Shown in pieces: positions 37,161 through 49,613 of a stretch of 64,000 bases of DNA; the stretch's first letter is position 1; each line of letters begins with the position of its first letter. This DNA is from Narcine bancroftii. Taxonomy: Eukaryota. The position numbers and the translations under genes are program-made. Where the stretch lies: contig NC_091473.1 in NCBI RefSeq assembly GCF_036971445.1, positions 205,902,001 through 205,966,000 on the forward strand. Direction: 5' to 3'. The notes beneath the pieces are model-generated. The model was not told the DNA's origin. It ran no database searches and saw nothing but the letters and a program-made list of their open reading frames with translations.

Positions 37161-40100
37161 TGGTTTGTTATTGCGTACTTAATTATGTGTCGAGTAGGTG
37201 GGTTAGGTAAACCAAACAAATTACCTTACTGAACACAACGAAACATGCTAGACAAGGTAGAGAGGGGGAGAGAGATCCAACGGCGTGGCGTCTGCTCCCT
37301 GCCAATATTAGATTCAAATAATGCGTCCTCGTGGACCTCGCATATGCGCAGCATGCTGTTGAACGTAAGGTGGCTGCAATGCTGCTATAGTGAGTGCAGA
37401 GAAGCTGATGACAGCGGAAATCTACGTCCCTGACATGTCACAGTGAATATGTATACTTTCCACAAGTGCAATAACACATACATTCAAACTCTTTACATTC
37501 AACCCAGTTTAGTCCTGCTATATTGGGTTGGGCTTACAGACATGACCAGCACTTGTTTTGTAATAGCCTTCCGATTATGTGGATGGTTAGGGCAACATGT
37601 CCTGATTGTTTCTGCTGTCCATAGGATGAGGGAAAATGTCCATAACCTCTCTTTCTGTTACGGGAGGGGCGGGTCTTGTCTATCTAGGGCCATGTTCCAA
37701 CTCCAAGCATGCCGATTTTTCTTGGGTGTTTTGAGAGGGAGTGGCTCTCCTACTGGGAGGATGCGTCGTCTGTTCTTCCAGTATATTCGCCTCCGAACGA
37801 ACCAGGTATGACGTGGGTTGTTCCAGTTAATTTTCATTATACCCAGATAGTCGTAACCTTGTGAAAGATTTACCCTTTGGTTAACGGCACGAGCGGCCAC
37901 CAAAGTTTGTAGTAACCTTTATTTGTGCTTGCCTTCTGTTTATCAGCTGGACCTTGATGTATTTCGGGTACGTTGGTTGGGCCCCAATAAGTCTCATCGC
38001 CACTGGTAGAGTAGTCCTGGTCTGCCTGGACATTATCTGGTGCGCGAGTTAGCCCAGTGTGGTGTTGCGTGGCATGTTTCTTAAGTTTAGTAGGGTGAAC
38101 AAAATGTCTGCCTTCTCTCTGTGGAAATTCTCCATTAGATGCTTGGCACTTCTCACCGCACTTCGAGCCAGTCCATTTGATTATGTGTACTATCGGCTGC
38201 TGGTGATGTGGATGAAGTCTCATTCTGTTGCCAAATTGCGGAACATCTAACATGTGGACTGTCTACCGTTGTCCGAGAGACGTGTGTGAGCTTCCACGTG
38301 TACCAAACAAATCCATTTTAATTTGATGATGACAGCCACAGAGGTTGCGATCTGGAGCAGGTCTATATCAAACAGCTTGAGTATGTGTCTATTAGTATTA
38401 GGTACTGTAGACTCTGCCATTCAAAGATGCTGGAATCGTCGGTCGACCAGGGAAGGTCGGGTACCGGGTGCCACTGCAATGGCTCGTTCTGCTGGTGTGG
38501 CATGGGACTCTTGAACACTGTGCAGGACTATGCCTCTTCATCTATATTCTCTGCCATATCTGGCCAGAAGTAAATGTTACTTATTCTGCGTTTCATTGTT
38601 TTGGCGCCAGGTTGCCCTCTGTGCTAGATCTCCACATACATATTCTGCAGTGTTCTCGGGATGCCTGCCGTCTCTCCTTTCAGGATTACCCCTTCATCAA
38701 TAAGAAGTTCTTTGCTGTAAGGAATGAAAGTTTGCACACCTTGTGGCCAGCTGCGCTGGTTGGCTGGCCAGCTGCCCTTAATGAAGATGGCCATTGTAGT
38801 AAAGGTTCCATTTTCTGCCGCGTGCTTTCTTCGATGATCCAGCCGGTGGTTTGGTCATCACATGAAAACCGTCCTCTTCCACGACCAGCTGGACCAGGCA
38901 TTTTCAAGGTGTCCGTGATAAAGAATCGGCTAAATCAATTCCTTGCAGCATTTGTGTACGAGGGTAATATGGTATTTCTTGAGCCTGAGCTCATACCCTG
39001 GATTCTCTCCGGTTCTGGGTGAATTGGTTTGTTTTTTGTGGTCGCCAGAAGTAAGTGGTAGGTTTCTGTGGTGACTGGCCTGCCTTTGACATAATCATTC
39101 ATTTTCGAGCAGGCAAAAACTATCGTCAGTAGCTCTTTGTCAAGTGAGCATACCTCGTTGCCATTTCTGTAAGTGGCCTAGAAGAATACTACTTGTTTTC
39201 CGTCCTGCATTCATGGTTCCCTATGCAGTACTGTGAGGCAACGCAGGTCAGCATCAACAGTCTACGTATGCCATGTTAGGAGAGGACTGAAGGGAACCAC
39301 ATGTGTTTGTTTAGGGCATTGAAGGCATTTTGTTGTTTTTCGTGCCAGGTCTGTACAATGTCTCTGTAGGTGAACTGTTTAAGGGGGACTGTAAGTTCAC
39401 TGAAGTTTGAGATGAACTTTTCCAAGTCGTTCATCATGCTCAGAAACAGTTGCAGTGCAGCCATGTTCCTTGGTACTGTAATTTCTCTGAAAGATCTTGT
39501 TTTGTGAGGGCCTGCCTTCAGGCCATTGCTGGTGAACATATTACCAAGATAGCTGTGTTGATTGAGAAATTACCTGCTCTTGTAGAGGTTGAGCCGCATT
39601 CACTGCCAGGTGCAACACATTTTTTTCGGTTGGCATCATGTTCTTTTTGTTGAATATGATAGAATATGGGTACCTTTGGCAAACCTCGCAAGTCGACCTT
39701 ATGCCAAATAGCGTTTTGAAGAAACTGTACCGACCAAAAGCAGTGCTGAACGTGGTCAGTAGTGAGCAGCGGTAGTCGAGCAAGATATTCCCGAGGAGGT
39801 ATTCACAGCCAGGACCGAGAATACCATTGCGCTGGCCATCAGCGCACGGCGTGCATGGAGCAAAGTTTTTTTTTCACAGAGGTCTTGCGGATTTATACAT
39901 ATTCTTATCCTCTGTCCAGGGTATTTTGGCGGCTATCATGGAGGAGACCATTTGGTTGGTTCCTTCGCTGAAGATATGAAGCCCAATTCCTGCATTCTGT
40001 CCAGCTCAGCATTGAATTTATCCTTCATTTCTACTTGAATGCGGTGCACCAGACGGACTACAGTTCTTACCTCTGAGTTCAGCTGCATGGAGTACATCAC

Positions 40101-43100
40101 TGGCAGCCTGCAGAACTCATGAATACAGTGAACATTTCAAAACGTCTCTGAGATATCGTACTTGGAGAGGATTATCTGATGGACCCCTTTGCTAAATTAA
40201 ACAAGCCCCATGTCGAAGTACTCACTGAGGCCTATCAGAGGCATGACGTCCTCACGGACCATGAAGGAGATTAGCATGTGGATCCGTCCTTATATAAAAC
40301 ATCGCAGACACATCGCCTGGATTCTGCTGACTCTATAGGCAATAGGCTGATAGACGATGCATGGTTTGACTTGTTTTGTCTATCTCAGCTTGTTAGATGT
40401 CCTCAGTGACATGACATTGCATTTGCCCAGGTGTGAACTTTCATCTCAGCATTCATGCCATTGACTTTCATGGATCCGAAGATCTCCGCTTGGTTGCCTG
40501 TCATCCTCGTGCTAAACGCATCAACGTCGTACTCATCGTCGATTTCGCTCTCTCTCTGCTCTGGTTCCAAGTGGTCGATGGTCCTTCTTGGTCTAGTCCA
40601 TGCAGTGATTTGCTTCCTGGATCTGAAGAAACAGCTGATGTGGTTCAATTTGTCGCAGATCCTGCAATGCTGCCCGAAGGCCAGACAGATCTCCCTTCTT
40701 AGAATGTGATCTCATCTGCAGTTGTCACATCTTGTCCTGGACGTAGGGTGGCCGGGCTGTCTTGGCTAGGTCTTCCTTCTGACCTCATGCCACTGTCTGC
40801 TCGCCGGTTCTGTCTGTGTCGTATCAATGCTTATGGCCTGGTGGAGGGATAAAATGGGACCCCTTGGAGATCACGAGGTAGGCTCCGTGAAAGCCAGAGG
40901 CGATGGGAGGGTATTTAAACTATCTCTTTTTCTTTAGTATTCACCAAAGAAAAGAATATTGAGCGAGATATAGTGAAGAAATGTGATAGGGAGTTCATGG
41001 ATAATAGAAAAATCAATGAGGAGGTAGTTTTAACTGTAGGAAAAAAAGATCAAGGTGGATAAATCTCCAGGTCCTGACAAAACATTCCAGAGGAACCTGA
41101 GGGAGGTTAGTGAAGAAATAGTGGGGCCATTGACTGAAACATTGAAAATATCACTGGCAATGGAGGAAGTGCCAGAGGAGTGGAATGTGGCTCATGTTGT
41201 TCCACTTTTCAAAAAAGGATCCAAAAGTAAACCTGATAAATATAGGTCTGTACGTCGGACGTCAGCAATGGATAATTTAATAGAAATTGTTGTTAGATAT
41301 GGTACATAGAACTATTTGGAAAGACAGGGATTGATTCGCTGTAGTCAGCATGGTTATGGCCATGGTGCATCATATCTAACAAATCTTATAGAATTTTTCG
41401 AGGAGGTTATTAAAAAAGGTTGATGAGAGGAAGGCATTGGATGTTGTCTATTTGGACTATAGTAGGTTTTTGAGAAGGTTCCCATACGATGTTAATAAAG
41501 AAGGTGCAAACATTAGGTATTAATGATGAAGTAGTAAAATGGATCCAGAAACGTTTGGATGGGAAGTGCCAGAGATTAATGGTGGAAAATTGTATGTGGA
41601 ACTGGAGGCTCGTGACGAGTGGAGTCCACTGCTGTTTTTGATAGATATTAACAATATTGATGATAGGGTGGAAAATTGGCTTTGTAAATTTGCATATGGT
41701 ACATAGGTTGGTGGTATTGTGGACAGCGAGAAAGATTATCAAAGCTTACATGACAATATAGGACAGTTAGAAAAGTGGGCTGAAAAATAGCAGATCGAGA
41801 TTAACACTGATAAATGTGATGTGATATAGTTTAGTTTGACTAATCTGAATAGGATATACACGTTAAATGTGAGACACTTGAGAAGTGCAGTGAAGTTAAG
41901 CGATTTAGGAGTCATGGTACATAATTCCCTGAAAGTGATATCACATATAGATAGGGTGATAAAGAAGGCATTTATTATGTTGGCTTTCAAAAATCAGAGT
42001 ATTGAATACAGAAGTTGTGATGTTATGTTGAAATATGTCAAGCATTGGTGAGGCCAAATGTGGAATATTGGCTGCAGATTTGGTCACCGTATTATAGGAA
42101 GAATATAAACAGTAAAGAGAGAGTGCAGAGGAGGTTTACGAGAATGTTTCCAGGGTTTCAGGGGTGGAGTTACAGGGAAAGGTTGAGCCCGCTGGGACTT
42201 TATTCCCTGGAGCATAGAATATTGAGGGGTGATTTGATAGAAATGTTCAAAATTATATGGGGAAGAAGGAGTCAACGTGGATAGGCATTTTACATTGTGT
42301 GTGGGGAGATTCAAACAAGAGGGCATGGTTTCAGAGTAAAAGTGTGTAGGTTTGGCGATACATGAGGAGGAATTTCTTCAGGCAGAGCATGGTGGGGTAT
42401 GGAATAAACTTCCTGCAGAGGTGGTCGAAGCAAGATCGTTGTTAATATTTAAGGATAGGTTGGATAACGATTTGGACGGAGGAGGAGTGGAGGGTTGTGG
42501 ACCGAATGTGGGTTAGTGGAACGAGATGGGAAAAGGTGTTCGACACCAACTAGTAGGGCAGAACTGGCCTGTTTCTGTGCTGTAAATGGTTACATGGTTA
42601 AATGATAGGACAGCCTTGTACTGTTTTCCTCTGTAGTTTTGTACATATACATGCTGTGATGGCTATTTCTCATGTCACCTCACGGCCTTGCAGGAGCACC
42701 TTCTGCTTACTATCGTACCAAATGCAAGAGACTATTCTGCCTTTAGTTACTCAAAGAGTGTGCTGAACTCGCAGGGTTTCGTCGTGATTTTTCAATCGCC
42801 AATGTCTGATTGTATCGACTTGCCAGGCGTTTGATATCTTATGTTAAATTTGTGCCATTCCATTGTCATATTTTTTGACGGTTGGAGATTTATCTAATTC
42901 ATGCTTTAAAAGTTCGGGGCCCTTTCTGGACAAACCCTGCGGGGGAAAGTTTTCTATCACGCATTTGACTCACATATATAAATGATCTTTCCTTTTCAAT
43001 TACCTCCGTGCCCGCACAATTTAACACAATTTACGCTGTGGTGCTGACAGGCTTGTCACTCTGTGCTTTTTCTATAAATATGTCATATTCCTGTACAAAA

Positions 43101-43461
43101 ACTGTGGGAGTTGTTTGCCACTGTTCAATCAAACACGATTGGACCCGGACGTCTGAATCCGTCCGCCACCATGGCGACTGTGCATTACGTGGTTATTCAC
43201 TGCGGCTATGATTGGAAGTCTTCACACTTGGGACGCATTTGTTTCCACTATGTTCGTTATTGCTTGATTAAAAACGAGTCCAGTGGGCTTGTGAGGGAAA
43301 CCAGACATAAGACTTTACTGAACACAACCAAATATGCGAGACATGCCAATACACAATTCAACCAACGCACCCTCTTGCATGCGCAGTGCGCTGTTGCGAA
43401 TACCGTGACTGCAATGCGATTTCATTGGATGCAGAGCAACAGATGACAGCGGTTGTCTCCA
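37161..43461 (-). mobile_element. Complete but decayed Ty3/Gypsy LTR retrotransposon inserted in a V exon (LTRs ~37161-37426 and ~43251-43461; TSD gtga/gcga)
   Basis: Two related LTRs sharing gttattgc, ttactgaacacaac and gatgacagcgg. Gag start ADGFRRPGPIVFD..QEYDIFI near 43170. RT motif LLTTFSTAFGRYSF (39541-39783). ALQLFLSMMNDLEKFISNFSELTVPLKQ (39276-39539). Integrase-like LSDNG near 38270. Confidence 0.88.
40835..42604 (+). mobile_element. CR1 LINE nested in Gypsy (paralog of 1380-3163)
   Basis: DKSPGPDK..VPEEWNVAHVVPLFKKG and ERVQRRFTRMFPG..RGDLIEMFKI. Confidence 0.9.
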
Positions 43462-43680
43462 GCGACGACACTATTTTTCATTCTCCATCTGAGGTGTGCC
43501 TGCCTTCTGTTACATCCAACATCCTGGACATGCGTCGAGATGTCCACAAAAATAATAGAACTGGGGTGAAGACCAGACTTTGAATTTCCAAGAGCGGTTT
43601 TCTCCTGCTTATCAGAAAATCAATTGGCCGTTTCCTTTAACTATCTCCATCGTCCTTGTCTCTGGGGCAGGTAGCCCTCT
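43462..43680 (+). pseudogene. 3' part of the Gypsy-split family-A V exon
   Basis: DDTIFHSPSEV...FQERFSPAYQKINWPFPLTISIVLVS. Paralog of 4011-4230. Confidence 0.8.
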
Positions 43681-45599
43681 TGACGAGGAAATGTTTATGG
43701 TTTTGGGTCAGGAAACTGCATCAATTAGCAGAAAATGGAAGGGGCAATGTTTCCATAAAGAGGCGAATGGATTTGGTGGGACAGGGTGCTATGGTTTTTG
43801 GAGATATCACGTGTCGGCACTATGCAGATCGCAGCACACATCGAATGTGCTTCACATCTTATTTCAACACCATTTACCCAAAGCACCTGGCGTACTCCAC
43901 AACGTCAACATTCACTTCACCAAACTACCGCCATCCGGAGTTTTATGCAGTTTTCTCTGGGGACATTACTGTAGACTAACTGTTGAGCAGCATGTTCATA
44001 CAAGTGCCTTACATATTGCTTCCAATCCAAGGATCGATATAATTATTTCAGTCGGAATTTGCGGCCAAGTAACCCAATATATAAATATGTGCGATTTTTG
44101 AAGAAAAACCATCCGTGTGACCCTGTTTCCCCGGATAGTTTAGAAATTTACAATCAGAGATACAGGTCGTTGTTAATAAACCAGGATGATTCGAGGGAGT
44201 TTATGCTCTCTTCCCCTTGACCACAGCAAAGGGCAGCGTGTGCTATTAGCAGGTTGGGTCAATGCAGAGCATTGCCGACGATAGTATGCATCGAACATTT
44301 ATTTTAGAAATTCGGGAAAAGAAGGGACTGAAATCAATACATTAACAGGGCTCCGGTATGAAACGTTGGTTTTGTTTGGATCGTGTGAGTTCAAGCATGA
44401 TGTTTCGTTCGAGAAATGGTGCGATCGTAAAAGAAACAATAAGATATCAAGGGAAAAGCGAGGGTGAGATCTTGCGAGGGAGAGACAGAGGCATAAAGAC
44501 AGATGAACAGAAGGAGCCGAGAAAGTAGTCAACGGACATTAAAGAAGAAAACATATAGACATAAGAGCATAGAAACATTGAATACCTCTTAACGTAACCA
44601 CTCCAATTAAAGTGTCCCACCCACACAAACCCAATTTGCAATTGTATGCACAATCAACTCGTTAGGCATCTTGTTCTACACATCCACCACACTCTACACT
44701 TTCTTACCATTCATTGACCTGTTAAATACCTATTCCTTCGACCTGAGGGAGTGGTTCCCAATTTCCTTACTATGAGGAAAAGACTGCATATCCCCTGATG
44801 TATTCCTCTCCTGATTACGTGTACAACTGGAAAACATGCTGACTGTCCTGGGGTCCAATTAATCAAATAATTGCTTCCTCAACCTCTCCATATAGCTCAG
44901 GCATCCGAGTCCTGGAAACATCCTGATAAATATTATTTTGAACCTCTCCGTATTGGCAACTTCTTTTCGATTACACGGTGACAAAATCAGTGCACAACAA
45001 TCCAAATAGGACCGCATTAACAACTCATAAAGCTGCAAAATTACCTTCCAACATCTCTGCTCATTACTGGAACAGAGGCAGGCAAATCGACCAGTGTCGT
45101 GATACTCTTTATCTTTACACTTCTGTCCGGCCATATTTATCACATTCCTGCCATTCACTCGATAGGTAATGACCACACTCGATCTCCGACACACAACAGC
45201 TCACTTTTATGAAATAAATTCCAACAACTATTCAACTTCCCACCAGCCCAAACTTTGAAGATTCGACCGCAAACTTTTTGAAATGACTTCACAATCTAAA
45301 ATGCCACACACCACGGTTTCAAACGAAATTTCGATACTCCTGCCACGAACATTTAGATTAAATCATTGGAATAGATGTCAAGTTGGAATAGTCTCAGTAC
45401 GAAAGCCAGCATACGAATTACATCACCTGTGAGAGATTACAAACTGTTATATCTAACAGCCAATTTCATACTGGAAGAACACCACTTGGCAAAAATAATA
45501 TTGGCTCTTTCAGAATTTTCTCGGACCTATTTTATGTGACAGGACATAGAACAAATATGATAGTCTATCTGGTTTGTGTCTGATGTTAAGTTTTGTTAG

Positions 45600-46032
45600 T
45601 AGCTAGTTGTCTCAATTTTAACCAGGGAGCTTATTCTTAAACGGCTCCTGTGGAAAGCGTGATTTTGCTTTAGTGCCAGCTACTGAAGATTGCACACTCT
45701 GATACAGGACCATATGGCTATGATTAAAAGTTTCAGAATCGTCTGAGCTGACGCCAGAAGTGGAAGGATCTGTAACAATTACTTTGAGGTACACGACAGC
45801 TGTTTCTGTCATTTGGTACACTTGATGATCCGAAGAATATATGAAGTACCTACCGAAGCTTTTCAACACTGGATCAGCAGAGCGATTTATAGGTTCTCCA
45901 GAGAGGTTTTTTGTTGTTTATCATCACTAAATTTCGCTTGCTACTTCTTCTATCTTGACTCTGAGTCCGAGTGTTTCCGTGTGCCATGAGACCTACACTG
46001 TGGCGGACTATCAGCAGACAACCATAAAGAGC
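45600..46032 (+). pseudogene. TCR V pseudogene (family B), paralog of 6160-6603
   Basis: Same remnants. Heptamer mutated to tacactg (45994-46000) + 23 + ataaagagc. Confidence 0.75.
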
Positions 46033-46977
46033 AATACCCTGTAGTTCCAGGGATCGCTCACAAAAGTGCAAACTAATCCGATACACGGAGGTGAGATGAT
46101 GCCGATAATTTTCTTAGTTATGAGCAAATGCATCTCAAATCATATTAGTTTTAAAGAGATGCATCTCAATCCTTTCAATTTTCCTCTCAGCTAATACTTC
46201 AACCCCATTTGACCACTCACCCCACTTCCATACCTAGCACAAAAATATCAACACTTTTCCTCCGACGTTGAACCTTGATGAGCATCGAATTGAATCTTTC
46301 TTCATGTCCATTTTGTTTTAAGATCAGGAGGTATCTCCCTGATTCTTCTAATCCTGTCGCATTGCTGATAATAACAATGGAATAGATAGTTTGAGATACA
46401 ATATACTTTATGCCTGTTGTGAATCGCTGAGGAAGTGTGATGCAGCGATTATGAGATANNNNNNNNNNNNNNNNNNNNNNNNNNNNNNNNNNNNNNNNNN
46501 NNNNNNNNNNNNNNNNNNNNNNNNNNNNNNNNNNNNNNNNNNNNNNNNNNNNNNNNNNNNNNNNNNNNNNNNNNNNNNNNNNNNNNNNNNNGACAGAGAG
46601 ATAGAGAGGCAGTGAGAGGGAGAGANNNNNNNNNNNNNNNNNNNNNNNNNNNNNNNNNNNNNNNNNNNNNNNNNNNNNNNNNNNNNNNNNNNNNNNNNNN
46701 NNNNNNNNNNNNNNNNNNNNNNNNNNNNNNNNNNNNNNNNNNNNNNNNNNNNNNNNNNNNATGCGTGACCATGGATCGCGTGCCGTAAAACACATAACGG
46801 GTATTCAGAAATTTCTTCTGTTTTAAGTGGCCAGCGAATCGGGGACTACAGAACCGCCCATATTCTCGTTTCAAACAAGAACTAACGACCTATCCGTGTG
46901 TTATCAGATATCAAATATGCGGCATTTACAGCATGAAATCTCTATGCTCTTTCCCTTTTGCTTTGTAAACCCTCACC

Positions 46978-47448
46978 ATGTTGCCTCTATGGTTCACGCT
47001 GATTATAACGTTTCCTGGTAAGTCCCTGTTATAATGAATCTGTTGCGTCCTGTGACTGTGGTTCACTTTCGAGCTTATCAAAGTCTCCATGTTGTGTTGC
47101 AGGTGCCTTTGGCGACGTATCTATCTCCCAGTCTCCATTTGAGTTGCGGGTGGAAGAAGGCCGAACAGTAACGCTGAACTGCAGCAACCCCTCAAAGTTC
47201 AATAACTATAATGCCTTTTTGTACATCCAGTATCCTGGACATGCGCCGACATACGTACTAAAGATATTAAGCACTGGGTTCAAAGACAAGGCTTCAGAAT
47301 TTCGCGATAGGTTTTCTGTGACTTATCAGAAAACAAGCCTAATGGATTCTTAAACTATCTCCAGCGTCGTTTACTCCAACTCGGCGGTGTATCTCTGCGC
47401 GATGTCGCCCACATTGCAGCATAAAGGCAGAAAATCCATTCAATAATA
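46978..47448 (+). pseudogene. Family-A V pseudogene, recent paralog of V gene 1
   Basis: Leader 46978-47017 has a 6-nt in-frame deletion. V exon from 47103 has Trp41->Leu and a TAA stop at 47351-47353. RSS cacattg (47410-47416) + 23 + tcaataata (47440-47448). Confidence 0.92.
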
Positions 47449-47729
47449 CTCCCTCGGAGTGATCGTGAACTGTCAGAAGGTGGCGCCATTAACTCCGCGA
47501 ACAAGCAGACGTGGCTGTGGACACATGCGATTCTCTTGCACAAACAAAAGCAAAATAAATACCTCGCAGAATTCAAAGGGCCAGGTAGCTTCTATGAGGT
47601 TGATATTATACAAGAATGCTCTGAATACAGGAAGCAGATGAGCCATACAGACCCTGAAATAAGAGAGAAATGCTGGAATTCTAAAGCGATATATACTGTG
47701 AGGGGAGTGTAGAGTCAGTGAATGAGTGC

Positions 47730-47760
<31 letters not shown>

Positions 47761-47909
47761 CAAGCGAAAGCAAGATAAAACAGATTAATATATAAAGGAG
47801 TGGGGCAGGTAAAAAAGAGAATACCTTGTTGAAGAATTTCCGAAGAACAATTTTGTTACCACCGAGGAAGTTGGGACATAAGGTTTCCTTCGAGAAATAT
47901 CTTCTAAAG

Positions 47910-49613
47910 TAGGGGTGTCAAACTCAAATTCACGGAGGGACAAAATTAAAAACTTGGACTAAGTCGAGGGCCGAACTAAATATTTATTGAAAATTTTCAA
48001 CAACATCTGCATGTTTTCTCTTCTTTCAACATATGTAATGTTAAACTTTTTCTTATTAAAATAAATGTTTGATAATAGTTTTGGATAAACTCTTTCCAGA
48101 AGCATTAACAAATGAGAAATAAAATATTCAATAAATAATATTTCTCTATAGAGGATTTGTCAAATGTTGCTCGTGTGCTGTCGAAAAGTAAAATCTGAGG
48201 GCTATTGAGAATATGGGAGAATAACATGATTCCTGAAACAATCAAATGGGTGACTGATTGTGGGTATGAACATTAGCAGGGTTATTTGCTATGCCCTTTT
48301 TCCATTGGTACAGATATCCTTTGATTTACACACTTTTCAAGTTTAATGCCTAATTAGCTTGTATCCAGGTGCAGGACTATTTTTAACCAGGTATATATTT
48401 ATCACTGTGACATGAAACTATTGGAAGATCGTTTTATCCTGAGATTAAAGTTCATAATACTTACTCTGGCCTGTGTGGGGGAGGGCGGAGTTTGCGGGCG
48501 ATCGGGTTGGACAACGACATTGCGGGGGCAATGGCTTTCGCTGCAGGGCGGCATCTCGGCAGATCAGCGGCCCCATCACCGTGAGTCGCAGGTCAGCCTG
48601 CGGCAGGGAGGGGGAGTGGGCACCGGTCCTGGCGAGGTGAGGCCCCCCTGAGTTTCTGTCGGACCCCCTTGACCTTCTGAGTTTCTCACGGACCCCCCTT
48701 GACCTGCTGAGTTTCTGCCGGACCCCCCCTTCACCTGCTGAGTTTCTCCCGGACCCCCTCCCCTTGACCTTCTGAGTTTCTCACGGTCCCCTCCCCCTTG
48801 ACCTGCTGAGTTTCTCTCGGACCCCCCTTTGACCTGCTGAGTTTCTCCCGGATCGCCCTTTGACCTGCTGAGTTTCTCCCGGACCCCCTCCCCTTAACCT
48901 GCTGAGTTTCTCCCGGACCTCCCTTGAATTGCTGAGTTTCTCCCGGACCCCACTTGACCTGCTGAGTTTCTCCCGGACCCCCTTTTCTTTCCGTGCCTGT
49001 GTCCCAGGACTTTTCCAGGGCAGTCTCCGCGCACAGGACCGCGCTGGGATCCCGGTCAGCGGTGGAGGAGCAGGTGAGCGCGGCAAATCCCGATCCAGCC
49101 CACGCCACTCCCGAGATTGGCGGGGGGTTCCACCCTACCTGCCCGACAAGCCTCGCTCTCCACGTGTACTCCGGGCACCCGCCGCTGGTCCGGTGGGAAG
49201 GCACAGGGCGGCCGGCGGTCGGCGCCCCCATCGCCCGGCGGGGAGCCCCAATCTTCCCTCCGGCGTCACGACTCCATCTGCAGCTCCAAGAAACGTTGTG
49301 CCACTGGGGTTCCGGGCGCTGGGAAGCGGCCTTGGCTTCCCCTGACACTGGCCAGGCGCGCTGCGGTGGGGGGGTGGGGGGTGGGCGGGGGTACACGACA
49401 GCGTGTTTATAAAACCACCCACCACTTCTTTTCAAGGACCAGGATTTTTTCTCTCTCACTCTCACCCTGGGACACAGCGATTACTGTGCATGCGCTATAC
49501 TGGGGCGGCAGCCAGCTGGCCACCTCTAATACATTTTTGATATGATCTTGCGGGCCAAATATAATTATATCGCGGGCCAAATTTGGCCCGCGGGCCAGCG
49601 TTTGACATGTGTG
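47910..49613. mobile_element. Non-autonomous hAT (Charlie-type) DNA transposon with an 8-bp TSD ttctaaag and GC-rich cargo
   Basis: TSD at 47902-47909 and 49614-49621. Ends taggggtgtcaaac / gtttgacatgtgtg. Subterminal gcgggcca repeats. Empty site in the paralog at ~8480. Confidence 0.9.
48648..48985. repeat. ~30-33-bp minisatellite, about 11 copies (gacctgctgagtttctcccggacccc..tt)
   Basis: Direct tandem repeats inside the hAT element. Confidence 0.93.

Noticed and set aside
37439-37476. Cryptic RSS cacagtg + 22 nt + gcaataaca
   Set aside because: It lies inside the Gypsy element with no coding segment next to it. One such match is plausible by chance.
48648-48985. CRISPR-like array
   Set aside because: The units are contiguous with no unique spacers, there are no cas genes, and the context is vertebrate. 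It is a minisatellite.
48731-49545. Long overlapping ORFs (up to 244 aa) in the GC-rich cargo
   Set aside because: Explained by high GC content and the tandem repeat. No transposase or other domain motifs.
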